In this document: piece by piece, positions 8,897-18,655 of the stretch
Layout of the letters: each line of letters opens with the position of its first letter
Position numbering within the stretch: position 1 is the first letter of the stretch
Assembly (NCBI GenBank): GCA_964440495.1
Contig: CAYTSD010000004.1
Span: 1-57,816 of the forward strand
DNA from: an uncultured Nitrososphaeria archaeon
GTDB taxonomy: Archaea > Thermoproteota > Nitrososphaeria_A > Caldarchaeales > Wolframiiraptoraceae
Length of the DNA stretch: 57,816 nt
Direction: 5' to 3'
The notes under the pieces: model-generated
Seen by the model: the letters and a program-made list of their open reading frames with translations, nothing else
Told to the model about the DNA's origin: nothing
Database searches by the model: none
Position numbers and translations under genes: made by a program

Positions 8897-10171
8897 GTGA
8901 ATCCAAATTTCTTAATAGTTGGCTCTGGAGCAGGTGGAGCTACCCTAGCCAAGGAACTTGCAATCCGTGGAAAAAACGTCACCATAGTGGAGCGTGGGAG
9001 GTTCCATAAACTTGGAACAGAGCGGAGGGCGATGAGATTCTATACAGGAGGATTCTCCCCCGGAGAGAAAGTAGACGGCGGAACCACTATTTTCAGAACA
9101 ATCATGGTTGGAGGAACTACCATGGTTACTTTAGGATGCTGTGTGAAGCCACCGCAACAAGATCTCAGAAGACTTGGAATAGATTTGGATAAAGAACTTG
9201 AGGAGGCTGAAAGGGAGCTAGCGGTTTCTCTCGTGCCTGAGAACTTTATGGGAGAGAGGACAAAAATTCTGAGAAAAGCTTCCGAAGAACTCGGATACAG
9301 TGTTAAGCCCATGCCCAAGTTTATAGACTTTAAGAGATGCACTAACTGCGGGTTATGTGTTACAGGGTGCCGGTATGGAGCGAGATGGAGCGCTCTCAAA
9401 CCTTTGGGTGAAGCTAGAAAAGCAGGGGCAAAACTCCTAACAAATACATCCGTTGAAGAGGTTCTCTACAGAGATGGAGAAGTTAAGGGAGTAAAGACAC
9501 GTGGTCCATCGGGTTCTCAGGAGATCTCCGCTGACAAAGTTATTTTAGCTGCTGGGGGATTAAGTACGCCTATTATCTTGCAGAGGTCAGGGCTTGAAGC
9601 AGGAGACGGGCTCTTCGTAGACCTCTTCATAAACACTTATGGTATGATAGAGAAACATGGAATTAGAGATGAGCTTGGAATGGCCACAATAATCAACCAA
9701 TTCCATGAAAGCGACGGCCTCATATTAACACCAATATTGGATACATGTCTCCACATGCTTCTCTATCTTCCACTCCTTAAGAAGATGCGGGCGTTTAATC
9801 GGGATAAAATGCTTGGATTGATGACAAAGATCGCTGACGACTCTTCGGGAAAGATAGAATCAAATGGTAGAATATGTAAACCTATCACCAAGAATGATTG
9901 GAGAAAGCTAGAGAAGGGGGTTGAGCTTTCTAAGAACATTCTAAGACAAGCAGGCGTAAATCCTAGATCTTTTCTAACAACAGAGGTGAGGGGAGCTCAT
10001 CCAGGTGGAACAGCCGCCATCGGAAAAACCGTTAACAAGGAATTCGAAACCGAGATCAATGGGCTTTACGTATGTGACAGCAGTCTTCTCCCAGCTTCAT
10101 TAGGTAATCCACCTGTGTTAACGATAGTTGCATTGGCTAAGAGGTTGGGAGCACTGCTCACCGCAGGATAA
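8897..10171 (+). CDS. FAD-dependent GMC-family oxidoreductase
   Basis: N-terminal dinucleotide fold IVGSGAGGATLAKELA...VERG. C-terminal GAHPGGTAAIG and CDSSLLP motifs. GTG start. Confidence 0.6.
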   Translation: MNPNFLIVGSGAGGATLAKELAIRGKNVTIVERGRFHKLGTERRAMRFYTGGFSPGEKVDGGTTIFRTIMVGGTTMVTLGCCVKPPQQDLRRLGIDLDKELEEAERELAVSLVPENFMGERTKILRKASEELGYSVKPMPKFIDFKRCTNCGLCVTGCRYGARWSALKPLGEARKAGAKLLTNTSVEEVLYRDGEVKGVKTRGPSGSQEISADKVILAAGGLSTPIILQRSGLEAGDGLFVDLFINTYGMIEKHGIRDELGMATIINQFHESDGLILTPILDTCLHMLLYLPLLKKMRAFNRDKMLGLMTKIADDSSGKIESNGRICKPITKNDWRKLEKGVELSKNILRQAGVNPRSFLTTEVRGAHPGGTAAIGKTVNKEFETEINGLYVCDSSLLPASLGNPPVLTIVALAKRLGALLTAG

Positions 10172-10180
10172 TTGCTCCAC

Positions 10181-11098
10181 CTAATAGATTGGTGTGAGCC
10201 ACTCTATGTGGCTCTCATCCTCCCCTCTCACTATCTTTATAAATCTCTCCCGGATTCTAAGCGTTATCTCGCCTGGTTTTCCATCTCCAACAGGTCTGCC
10301 GTCAACCTCGATTATCGGCGTGATCTCAGCTGCGCTTCCCGTGAAGAATAGCTCGTCGGCGAGATAGAGTTCTCCGCGTGAAATCATACGCTCCTCAACC
10401 TTGAATCCCTCCTCCCTAGCCAGCTCCATCACAGTGTTACGTGTAATGCCCTCAAGGATTGATGCGCAGAGCGGGGGTGTGGCAAGAGAACCGTTTCTCA
10501 CGAGGAAGATATTCTCTCCAGGTCCCTCCGACACGTAGCCCTTTTGATTTAGAAATATTGCCTCGTCGTAGCCTGCTCTTCTAGCCTCCATCGTCGCGAG
10601 GACGGAGTTTACATAGTTTCCTGAAACCTTCGCCATGGGCGGTGAGCTGTCGTCATCTATTCTTCTCCAGCTTGAGACACATACCTTCAGGCCTCTTGGT
10701 TTCTCGAAGTAGCGTGGGAATGGGAAGGCGAAGATTAGGACATTTACCTCATTCTTAGATATGTCGAGACCTATGCTTCCTCTGCCTACATAGAGGAGGG
10801 GTCTAATGTAGAGGTCTGTTTTAAACTCATTCTTCCTAAGCAGCTCAATTACTGCGTCTCTGAGTTCCTCAACGCTGTAGGGGGAGCTTAGTCCAAGCAT
10901 CTTCGCTGAGCTCATTAGACGGTTTAGATGCTCGGGAAGCCTGAAGACGTAGAGGTTCTTCTTCCCCATATATGCTCTGATGCCCTCGAAGACCGCCGTC
11001 CCATAATGTAAGGCATGAACCGAGACATGGACAGCGGCGTTCTCCCACTCAACAAACCTTCCATCCATCCAGACATATTTTGGAGGGGTCTTAATCAT
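10181..11098 (-). CDS. ilvE: branched-chain amino acid aminotransferase
   Basis: Fold-type IV PLP enzyme pattern: WMDGRFVEWENAAVHV, HYGTAVFEGIRAY, GITRNTV, ADELFFTGSAAEITPI. Confidence 0.85.
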   Translation of the reverse strand: MIKTPPKYVWMDGRFVEWENAAVHVSVHALHYGTAVFEGIRAYMGKKNLYVFRLPEHLNRLMSSAKMLGLSSPYSVEELRDAVIELLRKNEFKTDLYIRPLLYVGRGSIGLDISKNEVNVLIFAFPFPRYFEKPRGLKVCVSSWRRIDDDSSPPMAKVSGNYVNSVLATMEARRAGYDEAIFLNQKGYVSEGPGENIFLVRNGSLATPPLCASILEGITRNTVMELAREEGFKVEERMISRGELYLADELFFTGSAAEITPIIEVDGRPVGDGKPGEITLRIRERFIKIVRGEDESHIEWLTPIY

Positions 11099-11137
11099 GT
11101 AGCCAACCTCGAGACAGTTCTATAAAAATCTGATACA

Positions 11138-11839
11138 CTAAACCCTTGTAACTGTTCCCCTATATCTTTCTGAAGGAAGCTCTTCAACCTTTCCCTCAAC
11201 CACTGCTAGGACATAGTTTATGAAATAGGGTTCGGGGAGAGCTCCCTCGAAGGAGTATCTATCGTTTATCACTATCTTGGGAACGGCCATGACCTGATAT
11301 TTAGCGGATAGCTCTGGGAACTCCGTTGCCTCAATCATATCCGACTTCACGTTGAGATTCTCTACAGCTATCTCGTGCGCTATTCTAACGGCACGTGGAC
11401 AGTATGGACAGGTAGGTGTGACAAATACCTGTATATGGAGAGGTGTGGCTATTGCTGAGACTCTTTTCCTCGAGGTTGGAGCAAGCCTAGATTTACCTTT
11501 AGAGACATCTACTATGTCTTCTATCAGTGTTGTGAATTCGTAGCCTGCGGGTAGGCCGAAGAATCTAACCCCGTACTCCTTCTCGCCGAAGAGAAGTAGG
11601 GCTGGAGTTTTGTCAATACTCCATCTCGAAGCCTTATCGGAGTTTTCCTCGATATCATAGTATTCTGGGAGAAGCCTCTCTGAGAGACCTGAGACCTCCT
11701 CAACAATCTGCCTCATTATCTTACAGTTTTCTTCCTCAGGCTTCTTGGTGAAGACTATGAGTCTCACGTTTCCCTGAAGCTCCCTCTCAAATTTCCGAGA
11801 TAATAGTCTCCTGTCTCTTTCCTTAATTATCGCAGCCAT
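11138..11839 (-). CDS. protein disulfide oxidoreductase (two thioredoxin-fold units, glutaredoxin-like)
   Basis: C-terminal unit has the CPYCP active site followed by MAVPKIVIN. Size and two-domain layout match archaeal PDO. Confidence 0.65.
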   Translation of the reverse strand: MAAIIKERDRRLLSRKFERELQGNVRLIVFTKKPEEENCKIMRQIVEEVSGLSERLLPEYYDIEENSDKASRWSIDKTPALLLFGEKEYGVRFFGLPAGYEFTTLIEDIVDVSKGKSRLAPTSRKRVSAIATPLHIQVFVTPTCPYCPRAVRIAHEIAVENLNVKSDMIEATEFPELSAKYQVMAVPKIVINDRYSFEGALPEPYFINYVLAVVEGKVEELPSERYRGTVTRV

Positions 11840-11878
11840 CGTTGAATCGAGAATTATTGGATGTCTTAAAGATTTCCG

Positions 11879-13057
11879 CTACTTTATTCCAAGAGATGAG
11901 TAGAAGGCTTCTAAGGCTACTCCCTCATCGGTTTCGAATCCTAGTTTTCTAAGCGTGTATGCGAGAGCGGTTATCGTGTAGACCAAGTAGTGGGTTGTCG
12001 CAGTTATCCCCATATGTCCTACTCTAACGCTTTTACCCTCAAGCTTGCCCACACCTCTCGCTATCATTACATTGAATCTCTCAAGCAAGCCTTGTATCAG
12101 CTTTTTAGCCATTCCCTCTGGAAGGCTTATCACCGTAATGGTTGAAGAGGCGTATTCTTCTGGCGCGAAGGTTTCGAGACCCATCGCTCGGACAGCTTCT
12201 CTAAAGGCCGCAGCCATTTTAGCATGCCTCTCATACCTCTTCTCCAATCCCTCGTTTATTGCGATCTTCAAAGCCTCTCTAAGTGCGAGTATGGTGTGGG
12301 TTGGAACCTCCGTGGGGTAGGGGTGGCCCATGACTCCAAGCTTCTCTATGGACTCCTTCCATACCTGTAGGTCTAGGAACCATGCGCGCGGGCTCCATTT
12401 TCTTTCATCTATTATTCTACCTGCCTTCGGGCTTATCGCTATAGGGGTTATTCCAGCTAGACCTGAGATAGCCATGCTTGAGTGGCCGACGCAGTAGTCG
12501 ATGAACCAGTCGTCGACACTTATCTCCATCCCGCCGTAGGATGAGGTTGCGTCAACTATAAAGAGAGCGTTACTCTCATTCACTATCTTTCCATAGGTCT
12601 TTATCGGGTTTCTAACGCCTGTAGATGCCTCTACATGAACCGCTACAACGGCTCTCGTGTCGGGATTTTCCTTTAAAGCCGACTCAAGCTCTACAGGCTT
12701 CAGAATCTCCCCATATCCTGCCTCAAGTTTTATGACATCGCAGCCGAGGTGGCGACCCATCTCAACAACCCTCTCCCCGCAGCTTCCATTAACGAGAACT
12801 ATCATCTTCTCTCCCGGTGGAACTAGGTTCGCTATCCCCATCTCGAGGGCAGCTGAGCCTGGGGCAGGAACTAGGAGAACCTCGCCAGATGTTCCAAAGG
12901 GCTTCTGAGCAAGAGCGACTGTTTCTTCGTAAATCTTACCCCACTGCCTACCGAAGTGAGGGAGGGGAGGCTTGGAGGCTGCGGCCAAGACCTCGGGCGC
13001 GACCTCAGAGGGGCCTGGAACCATTAGTATCGGCTTCCACTCACTCTTACTCGCCAT
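11879..13057 (-). CDS. class V aminotransferase (alanine-glyoxylate / serine-pyruvate type)
   Basis: MVPGPSEV N-terminus and fold-type I PLP architecture. 392 aa. Confidence 0.7.
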   Translation of the reverse strand: MASKSEWKPILMVPGPSEVAPEVLAAASKPPLPHFGRQWGKIYEETVALAQKPFGTSGEVLLVPAPGSAALEMGIANLVPPGEKMIVLVNGSCGERVVEMGRHLGCDVIKLEAGYGEILKPVELESALKENPDTRAVVAVHVEASTGVRNPIKTYGKIVNESNALFIVDATSSYGGMEISVDDWFIDYCVGHSSMAISGLAGITPIAISPKAGRIIDERKWSPRAWFLDLQVWKESIEKLGVMGHPYPTEVPTHTILALREALKIAINEGLEKRYERHAKMAAAFREAVRAMGLETFAPEEYASSTITVISLPEGMAKKLIQGLLERFNVMIARGVGKLEGKSVRVGHMGITATTHYLVYTITALAYTLRKLGFETDEGVALEAFYSSLGIK

Positions 13058-13082
13058 CTCTCCAAATGTTTAAGCATAGGAT

Positions 13083-13496
13083 CTATTTAAGAGCACGTAC
13101 ACGTTTAGCCGCATCCTTGGCCAGAGTATCGGCCTCACGGTTAAGCCTCCGACTAATATAATGTATTGAAATTTTATCGAGCCTCGATGACAGGTTTAAG
13201 GCTCTTTGATACAGTTTTTTAAGCCTCGGTGCTTTAACCTTGTACTCTCCTTTAAGCTGCTTTACCAGGAGCATGCTGTCGGAGTAGAGGTCAACTGTTT
13301 TGGCCCCGAGCTTTAAAGCCTCTTCCAGAGCCTTTAGAAGAGCATAGTACTCCGCCTCATTATTCGTCTTAACCCCCAGAGACCTACCTATCCTCCTCAG
13401 CTCCCTACCCCCTTCATCGAATATTATTACTCCGAGACCAGCTGGCCCTGGATTCCCCTTCGATGAGCCGTCGAAGAATATCTTGAGACGCTTCAA
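13083..13496 (-). CDS. rnhA: ribonuclease HI
   Basis: FDGSSKGNPGPAGLGVII, TNNEAEYYALLKALE, and DSMLLVKQL motifs carrying the DEDD residues. Confidence 0.85.
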   Translation of the reverse strand: MKRLKIFFDGSSKGNPGPAGLGVIIFDEGGRELRRIGRSLGVKTNNEAEYYALLKALEEALKLGAKTVDLYSDSMLLVKQLKGEYKVKAPRLKKLYQRALNLSSRLDKISIHYISRRLNREADTLAKDAAKRVRALK

Positions 13497-13509
13497 GATT
13501 TTCTCTCTT

Positions 13510-14025
13510 TTAGCCAGCCTCAGGCTGAGGCTTCACGAGCTTGTTGATGATTATCCTATAACTCTTTGGAAGCTTCTTTGCCGCGAGCTTGAGCGCTTCT
13601 TTCGCTGCCTCAAGCCCCGTCTCTGTGACCAGGACTCTGAAGACAGGTTGCCCCGCGTCAACTTGAGCCGCTCTCCCAACCGGTTTCCCGAATGCTCTGC
13701 GCATCCCCTCCTGAAGTCGGTCGGCATGTGCTCCAAATATCATCTTGTTCTCTCTTAGAACGTGGTGGGGGTGAGCCTTCAGCTCGGCGAAGTAATTATC
13801 GTCTCCAACCCTCTTGCTTAGATGTTTTCCAATTGCTATTCTGGCTGATTCCAGGGATGCGTCCCTTATCTGGAGAGACTCCTTGGAGATTAGGAGAAGC
13901 TCGTATGGATAGTCCTCTCTAAAGGTTCCCATGGAGTATTTGCTTATTCTGGGCTGTGGAGCACCGTGGATAAAGTCCTCTCTCGAGTAGGGTCTCTCCC
14001 TAGCCCTCCAGTTCTTAGCCCTCAT
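13510..14025 (-). CDS. rpl10e: 50S ribosomal protein L10e (uL16)
   Basis: MRAKNWRARERPYSREDFIHGAPQPRI...MRRAFGKPVG is typical of archaeal L10e. Confidence 0.85.
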   Translation of the reverse strand: MRAKNWRARERPYSREDFIHGAPQPRISKYSMGTFREDYPYELLLISKESLQIRDASLESARIAIGKHLSKRVGDDNYFAELKAHPHHVLRENKMIFGAHADRLQEGMRRAFGKPVGRAAQVDAGQPVFRVLVTETGLEAAKEALKLAAKKLPKSYRIIINKLVKPQPEAG

Positions 14026-14069
14026 CTAGTCTTCCCAGACTCGGAGAGGGGAAGGCTTCTTTTAAGCAT

Positions 14070-14450
14070 TTACAGTTTCCCAAAGTAGGACTTAACGTGA
14101 GGCCTCGTCAGATAGTATATTATCGCTATGTTGATAAGTATGGTGATTATCCCTGCTGGGAGGGTTAGAAGCCCTAGGATTATCCCGAGGATTGAGAGGC
14201 CTATCGCTAAACCCCAAGACCAGCTGGCTCTAGTCCAGAACCCCCACGCAATAGCGAAGGAGGCTAAGCCCAAGATTATGGATATGACCGCTATGATGAC
14301 CAACACTCCTCCAGCAAGCAAGCCTACGAGAGGTATCATCGCCGCCATCCCTGCAGCCGCGAAGAGGGACGCAGCTGACCCAAGCCAAATCAATCCACCT
14401 ATAACCTCCAGTATAGCTAAGACCGTTATCCCGAAAGGTCTACCACTCAT
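14070..14450 (-). CDS. small integral membrane protein, unknown function
   Basis: 126 aa, four strongly hydrophobic Gly/Ile/Leu-rich segments. No family recognised. Confidence 0.45.
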   Translation of the reverse strand: MSGRPFGITVLAILEVIGGLIWLGSAASLFAAAGMAAMIPLVGLLAGGVLVIIAVISIILGLASFAIAWGFWTRASWSWGLAIGLSILGIILGLLTLPAGIITILINIAIIYYLTRPHVKSYFGKL

Positions 14451-14457
14451 ACCGGAT

Positions 14458-15222
14458 TTAAAGACCTCTAAGCTTAATAAGTATGCTGGAGCATGTGAGA
14501 AGCTCCTCAGGCTTAAGCTGATAGACGCGTTTGGAGAGAATACTCCTTGGGAGAAGGCTTCCCAAATCTTCCCTGGAATACTCCTTGAGAAAACTTTTCA
14601 AAACTTTGCGAACCGTCTGCCTCCTCCTCGTGAACAAAAGCTTTAGAAAACTCTTCTCTTCAGGCCGAATCCCTCTCACATCAACCCTCCTATTCATGAC
14701 AACTATCGCTGAATCCACCTTTGGAGTAGGGTTGAAGAAGATTCTTGGAACGATCTCGGCTATCCTTACTTCATAGAAGAGCTGGGCCAGAAATGATGTA
14801 AAGACATATTTATGGGAGCCGGGTTTGGCTAGAAGCTTTGAAGCGAACTCTCGTTGAAGTGTTAGAACGATTAACTCTGGAGGAGACTCTATGAGCCAGT
14901 CTATGAGACGTGTTGAGATACGGTAGGGAGGGTTTGAGACAACCTTGTTAAATCCTTTAGGCCTAAGTTTCAGAACATCGCCGATGAGCAGCTCCACGTT
15001 ATCGTAGCCTTTTATATTTTCCGCGGCTTCAGATGCGAGAGACTCATCAAGCTCAACCGCTATTACTTTACCAGCCTTCTCCGCAATCCTCTTCGTCAGT
15101 TCCCCCCTGCCTGCACCAACCTCTAGAACTACGTCTCTTCTAGAAATCTTTCCATAATCCACTAACCTGTCTAAGACTTCTTCCCTGACCAAGAAGTGTT
15201 GGCCTAAAATTCTTCTCTTCAT
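14458..15222 (-). CDS. rsmA: 16S rRNA (adenine1518/1519-N6)-dimethyltransferase (KsgA/Dim1)
   Basis: GQHFL, VLEVGAGRGELT, and SNPPYRIST motifs. Lies in the conserved archaeal L21e-RpoF-DUF655-KsgA cluster. Confidence 0.85.
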   Translation of the reverse strand: MKRRILGQHFLVREEVLDRLVDYGKISRRDVVLEVGAGRGELTKRIAEKAGKVIAVELDESLASEAAENIKGYDNVELLIGDVLKLRPKGFNKVVSNPPYRISTRLIDWLIESPPELIVLTLQREFASKLLAKPGSHKYVFTSFLAQLFYEVRIAEIVPRIFFNPTPKVDSAIVVMNRRVDVRGIRPEEKSFLKLLFTRRRQTVRKVLKSFLKEYSREDLGSLLPRSILSKRVYQLKPEELLTCSSILIKLRGL

Positions 15223-15809
15223 CTTGAATGTATTATAGGCTCTCTGACAAAAAGTCTATGCCTCTCATTAATATCGGTAAGCTCCTGCAGTATTCTTTGA
15301 ACAAGGGCTTTAACAGGGTCTTGGACGCAGCCTCGTTTCTTCAAGTCCTCATAGCTTTCAAAGGGCTTTAACTCTCTCTCCCTCAGAATCTTCAACGCAA
15401 TCTTCTTACCGATACCTGGGATAAGTTCTAGAGCATGCATTCTGGGGGTAACAGGCATCGACGTGTTAAAGAACTCGACGAATCTTTTCTCATTCGTCTC
15501 GACAATCGTTCTTACCGCGTTCTCCAGCTCATTCTTAGCTGTCTGCGTTAGGTCATCATAGTTTATCCTCCTAATTATTCTTAGAATACTTCTTGGGACA
15601 TCCTTTCCAACATATATTCTTGTCCCGACAAGAGGCTTATGCTTCTGGGAAACAGCTGCTTCTAAGAGGGTGAAGTAATCCTCACCGAGTAATTGGACTA
15701 TTAGTTCATTTCTTCCAACAGCTATGTTTGGAGCCTGTGCCCGCAGTTCTGAGGCTGGGAAAACGTCGAGAACGTATGCAAAATCTTCATATTTTTTCTG
15801 CTTTGCCAA
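15219..15809 (-). CDS. DUF655 family protein (OB fold plus helix-hairpin-helix, putative nucleic-acid binding)
   Basis: ELIPGIGKKIALKIL HhH element. Conserved position between rpoF and ksgA. 4-nt overlap with ksgA. Confidence 0.6.
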   Translation of the reverse strand: MAKQKKYEDFAYVLDVFPASELRAQAPNIAVGRNELIVQLLGEDYFTLLEAAVSQKHKPLVGTRIYVGKDVPRSILRIIRRINYDDLTQTAKNELENAVRTIVETNEKRFVEFFNTSMPVTPRMHALELIPGIGKKIALKILRERELKPFESYEDLKKRGCVQDPVKALVQRILQELTDINERHRLFVREPIIHSR

Positions 15810-15851
15810 AAGCTTTCACAGCTCCTTTTCCTGATATGTTTATTTTCCCGG

Positions 15852-16148
15852 TTATCCCTCTTCTTCTAGATGTTTCTTTATTAGCTCGATTATTGCCTTG
15901 AGTTTCTCCTCAGAGAAGAGTAGGAATGAGACCAGGCGTTTGTATCCGCTTAGGATCGCTCTAAGCTCCTCTATGTGAGTCGGACATATGTCGACTATTT
16001 GGACCGCTTCCTCCCGTGTAAGCTCAAACTTCTCCATCAGCTCCTCAATAAGCTTCTTAGCTTTTTCAGGTGGAAGCTTGGAGTACTTTCTAGCATAGTT
16101 TAGGACACGCATCTGCAGTGAGTTTAGCTCCATCTCCCTCTCCTCCAT
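15852..16148 (-). CDS. rpoF: DNA-directed RNA polymerase subunit F (Rpo4)
   Basis: About 100 aa, helical, with ...LTREEAVQIVDICPTHIEELRAIL.... Conserved position downstream of L21e. Confidence 0.6.
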   Translation of the reverse strand: MEEREMELNSLQMRVLNYARKYSKLPPEKAKKLIEELMEKFELTREEAVQIVDICPTHIEELRAILSGYKRLVSFLLFSEEKLKAIIELIKKHLEEEG

Positions 16149-16207
16149 AAGCTCCCTTACTTCAGGCAGTGAGAGGGGAGTTTGAGAGGTTACTTTCTTA
16201 GGCAGGT

Positions 16208-16501
16208 TTACTCACCCCATTTAGCTATGTGATCGGGTAAGACTGTGAGTTTCTTCAGCTTCTCACCTAGCTTAACCGCGACAACGTAGGCTCTCCCCCT
16301 CTTCTCGAGGATCTCCCCAATCTTTCCATGGTATCTTCTGTGAGGCGCTCCCTTCTGGACGGAGGGGTTAATCTTTATCGTAACCCTGTCTCCAGGCTTA
16401 TATTCTCTGAGATAGATCTCGGGTAGAGGGCTTCTCCTAGCCCCCCTAGGAAGAGTGAGTATCCTACGTGACTTGTATCTGAATCCCTTTGATTTCGGCA
16501 T
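16208..16501 (-). CDS. rpl21e: 50S ribosomal protein L21e
   Basis: MPKSKGFRYKSRRIL...GDRVTIKINPSVQKGAPHRRYHGKIGEI. I place the start at ATG 16501, not the TTG at 16639 in the ORF track. An A/T-rich TATA-like element (16522-16540) sits just upstream. Confidence 0.8.
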   Translation of the reverse strand: MPKSKGFRYKSRRILTLPRGARRSPLPEIYLREYKPGDRVTIKINPSVQKGAPHRRYHGKIGEILEKRGRAYVVAVKLGEKLKKLTVLPDHIAKWGE

Positions 16502-16905
16502 GCCGATGAGATTTGGAGCTACGTCTTTAAAAGTTTTTAAACCGCCCCCAGGGTGACTATTTAACGTTATCCAGAGCCTCTTCTCCAACCTCCCCCAAAG
16601 GGTCTCCCTTTTTCCTCCCCCCGGAGAAATTCCCCCCAAGCATCGGGTTCCTGAGACTCAGGCCGATCTCCAACACCTCAGCAGCTTCTTTTCCAATTAG
16701 CCTCTACATTGGCTGGAAGACTTTTCATGCTTTCTTTGGAGGTGACTTCTCTCTTTAATATGTCACCTTAACCGATAAAAATACGCCTACAAATGTTCTA
16801 AGTTCATGCTTCTCTTTCATCCTCTGCTTTTCTTACATTGAATTAATTAGAGAATTGCTTTTGAGCTATGTAATACAATAGTTTATAAATAAGTTTCTGA
16901 ATAGT

Positions 16906-17739
16906 ATGTGCGTCCTTAGCATGACTGTAATTAGGAAAGTTAGCTTGAGAGAGATCGTCGCTAAGCCTGCTGAAGCTCTTGACGTAGACTTTCTCCCGAA
17001 CAAGAGATTGAAGGGGATCCTGATAAGAGATATTGAGAACATTCCCGAGAACCTAAGGAAAATCACTAGAGCTATAATCGAAGAAGGGGCTAATCTCATA
17101 ATTATGAGACCCTCATCGCCTAGTGCAAGAATAGTGGATCTGCTCTACTATGTGGAGTGCCCGGAAGATACCGAGGAGGCTATAGCATCAAGAATTAGGG
17201 AGCTCAACATAGCTGAAGAGGTTTTAATCTTCGACACGCCTGACGAGAGGCTAGCCTTAAACGCCTTCTTCCCAACCCTAGTTCTAGGAAGGAGGGCGAT
17301 AATCCTTAGAGAACCCGTTTACAGCGGACTCTTCAACGGGCTTCGGGAAATTGTGACAGAAGGTGGCGCAAAAACATTCCTATACATGATTGGACTCCGA
17401 ACCGGGGAAGAGGTAGCTCACTCCCTAATGCCGATAGTGAAGAGTAAAACAATATTAGAATCTCTAGAGACATTAGGTCTAATTGGAAAGGCTTTAGGCT
17501 ACGGCGATCTAGAAAAGATTCAAGCGGTCAAAGATACTATAATTTACAGCGTTCAAGATAATTGGGAGGCCGCGGTTCTGAGAAGAAGGTATCAGACCCC
17601 ACAGTGCTACTGGACAAAAGGTTTACTGGAAGGATTCTTAGGCGAGTTAACAGGCTATAAATGGAAGGCAGAGGAAGAAGAATGTGTCGCTATGGGAAAT
17701 AAGAGATGTAGATTCACTTTAAGAAAAGAAAGCGAATAA
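16906..17739 (+). CDS. V4R (4-vinyl reductase-like) domain protein
   Basis: C-terminal CYWTKGLLEGFLGELTG...EEECVAMGNKRCRF is the V4R signature. The alternative start ATG 16921 fits the TATA at 16882-16890 better. Confidence 0.5.
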   Translation: MCVLSMTVIRKVSLREIVAKPAEALDVDFLPNKRLKGILIRDIENIPENLRKITRAIIEEGANLIIMRPSSPSARIVDLLYYVECPEDTEEAIASRIRELNIAEEVLIFDTPDERLALNAFFPTLVLGRRAIILREPVYSGLFNGLREIVTEGGAKTFLYMIGLRTGEEVAHSLMPIVKSKTILESLETLGLIGKALGYGDLEKIQAVKDTIIYSVQDNWEAAVLRRRYQTPQCYWTKGLLEGFLGELTGYKWKAEEEECVAMGNKRCRFTLRKESE

Positions 17740-17813
17740 TATTCGGCTCTAGCACAGATTTACATCCCTCCATATCTTTTTAATTTACTTATGTGAGGAA
17801 AGTTACTGTATAG

Positions 17814-17836
17814 AGGCTTTCGAAAGCTTTGTTTTT
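17814..17836 (+). terminator. palindrome plus T-tract between convergent V4R and JAMM genes (putative terminator or binding site)
   Basis: Perfect 12-nt palindrome GCTTTCGAAAGC at 17816-17827, followed by TTTGTTTTT. Confidence 0.3.
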
Positions 17837-17840
17837 CGGC

Positions 17841-18473
17841 TTATTCCCCACTCGGTGAGAATTTTTTCTTTATCTTCTTAAATACGCTTCCTATAGTGGT
17901 TGATGGTTCGCTGCTCTCTATCTCAGCCTCCTCCACTTCGCCTCCTCCCCGAATGTATCGCAGGTCAACCGTCTCCATCCCCTGTATTGTGCTCTCGATA
18001 ACTTTTCTTCTATGTATTCCTATTGTAATTCTTAGCGATGAGATTTCTCCTTTTCTATTGATTCTGAAGGCCTTAACCCTAAGGTCTCTAAGCTTCCTGG
18101 TTCTCGCATAAGTTACTGGGTCTACCACCATCGCTATTGCTTTGGGAAACATCATCTGGTATCTCTTCTGGGTTTCAATATCTATTGACGATAGGAAGAC
18201 GTCAAATCCTGGATGAGTGTGATACCATCCAACTATGTAAAGGCCGGGTCTCTCACGCATCAGCCATTCAGCGGTTGCGGCCATAGTTTCTTCTTGTAGA
18301 TAGACAAATGCTGAGGTAGATTTTTGGTCTCCAGTTATCGCGTCCCACACTTCGAGAACATCCTGCTTCTTGAGGTATTTCCCAACCAGTAAGCCCGCAA
18401 CCTCCCGGTCTAAATTTATCAAAGCATGTTTGATTACTTTTCCGAGAGCCAGCGGATAAATCCTAACCCTCAT
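17841..18473 (-). CDS. JAMM/MPN+ metalloprotease, Rpn11-like (putative pro-ubiquitin processing / deubiquitinase)
   Basis: Complete JAMM motif: EVAGLL upstream Glu plus HTHPGFDVFLSSID (HxHx7Sx2D). Divergently transcribed from the Ub-E2-E1-RING operon. Confidence 0.85.
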   Translation of the reverse strand: MRVRIYPLALGKVIKHALINLDREVAGLLVGKYLKKQDVLEVWDAITGDQKSTSAFVYLQEETMAATAEWLMRERPGLYIVGWYHTHPGFDVFLSSIDIETQKRYQMMFPKAIAMVVDPVTYARTRKLRDLRVKAFRINRKGEISSLRITIGIHRRKVIESTIQGMETVDLRYIRGGGEVEEAEIESSEPSTTIGSVFKKIKKKFSPSGE

Positions 18474-18607
18474 AATCCTTAGAAAAAGGTTGAAACACTT
18501 GAATATAATCTTGCTTAAGCGAGGTTTAACGCGGGTTTAAGGCGGCTCCCTAGGTATCTCCTCGATAATTTCTCGAGAATCCTCGAAGTTTTCCAGGCAA
18601 TTAATCC

Positions 18608-18616
18608 TTATATATA
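18608..18616 (+). promoter_or_regulatory. TATA box of the ubiquitin-cascade operon (putative)
   Basis: TTATATATA lies 40 nt upstream of ATG 18656. A GGAGAGGAG/GAGGT purine stretch lies between it and the start codon. Confidence 0.4.
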
Positions 18617-18655
18617 GTTCCCAACCTTCTTGGAGAGGAGCTGGGGTTTAGAGGT

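Noticed and set aside
11921-11945. GGTTTCGAATCC, resembling a tRNA T-loop.
   Set aside because: There is no complementary T-stem, acceptor stem or anticodon arm around it, and it lies inside the class V aminotransferase CDS.
16502-16639. N-terminal 46-residue extension of the L21e ORF (TTG start at 16639 in the ORF track).
   Set aside because: The conserved L21e N-terminus (MPKSKGFRYKSR) begins at ATG 16501. The extension is Gly/Pro/Trp-rich with no L21e-like sequence, and it would contain the A/T-rich TATA-like element at 16522-16540.
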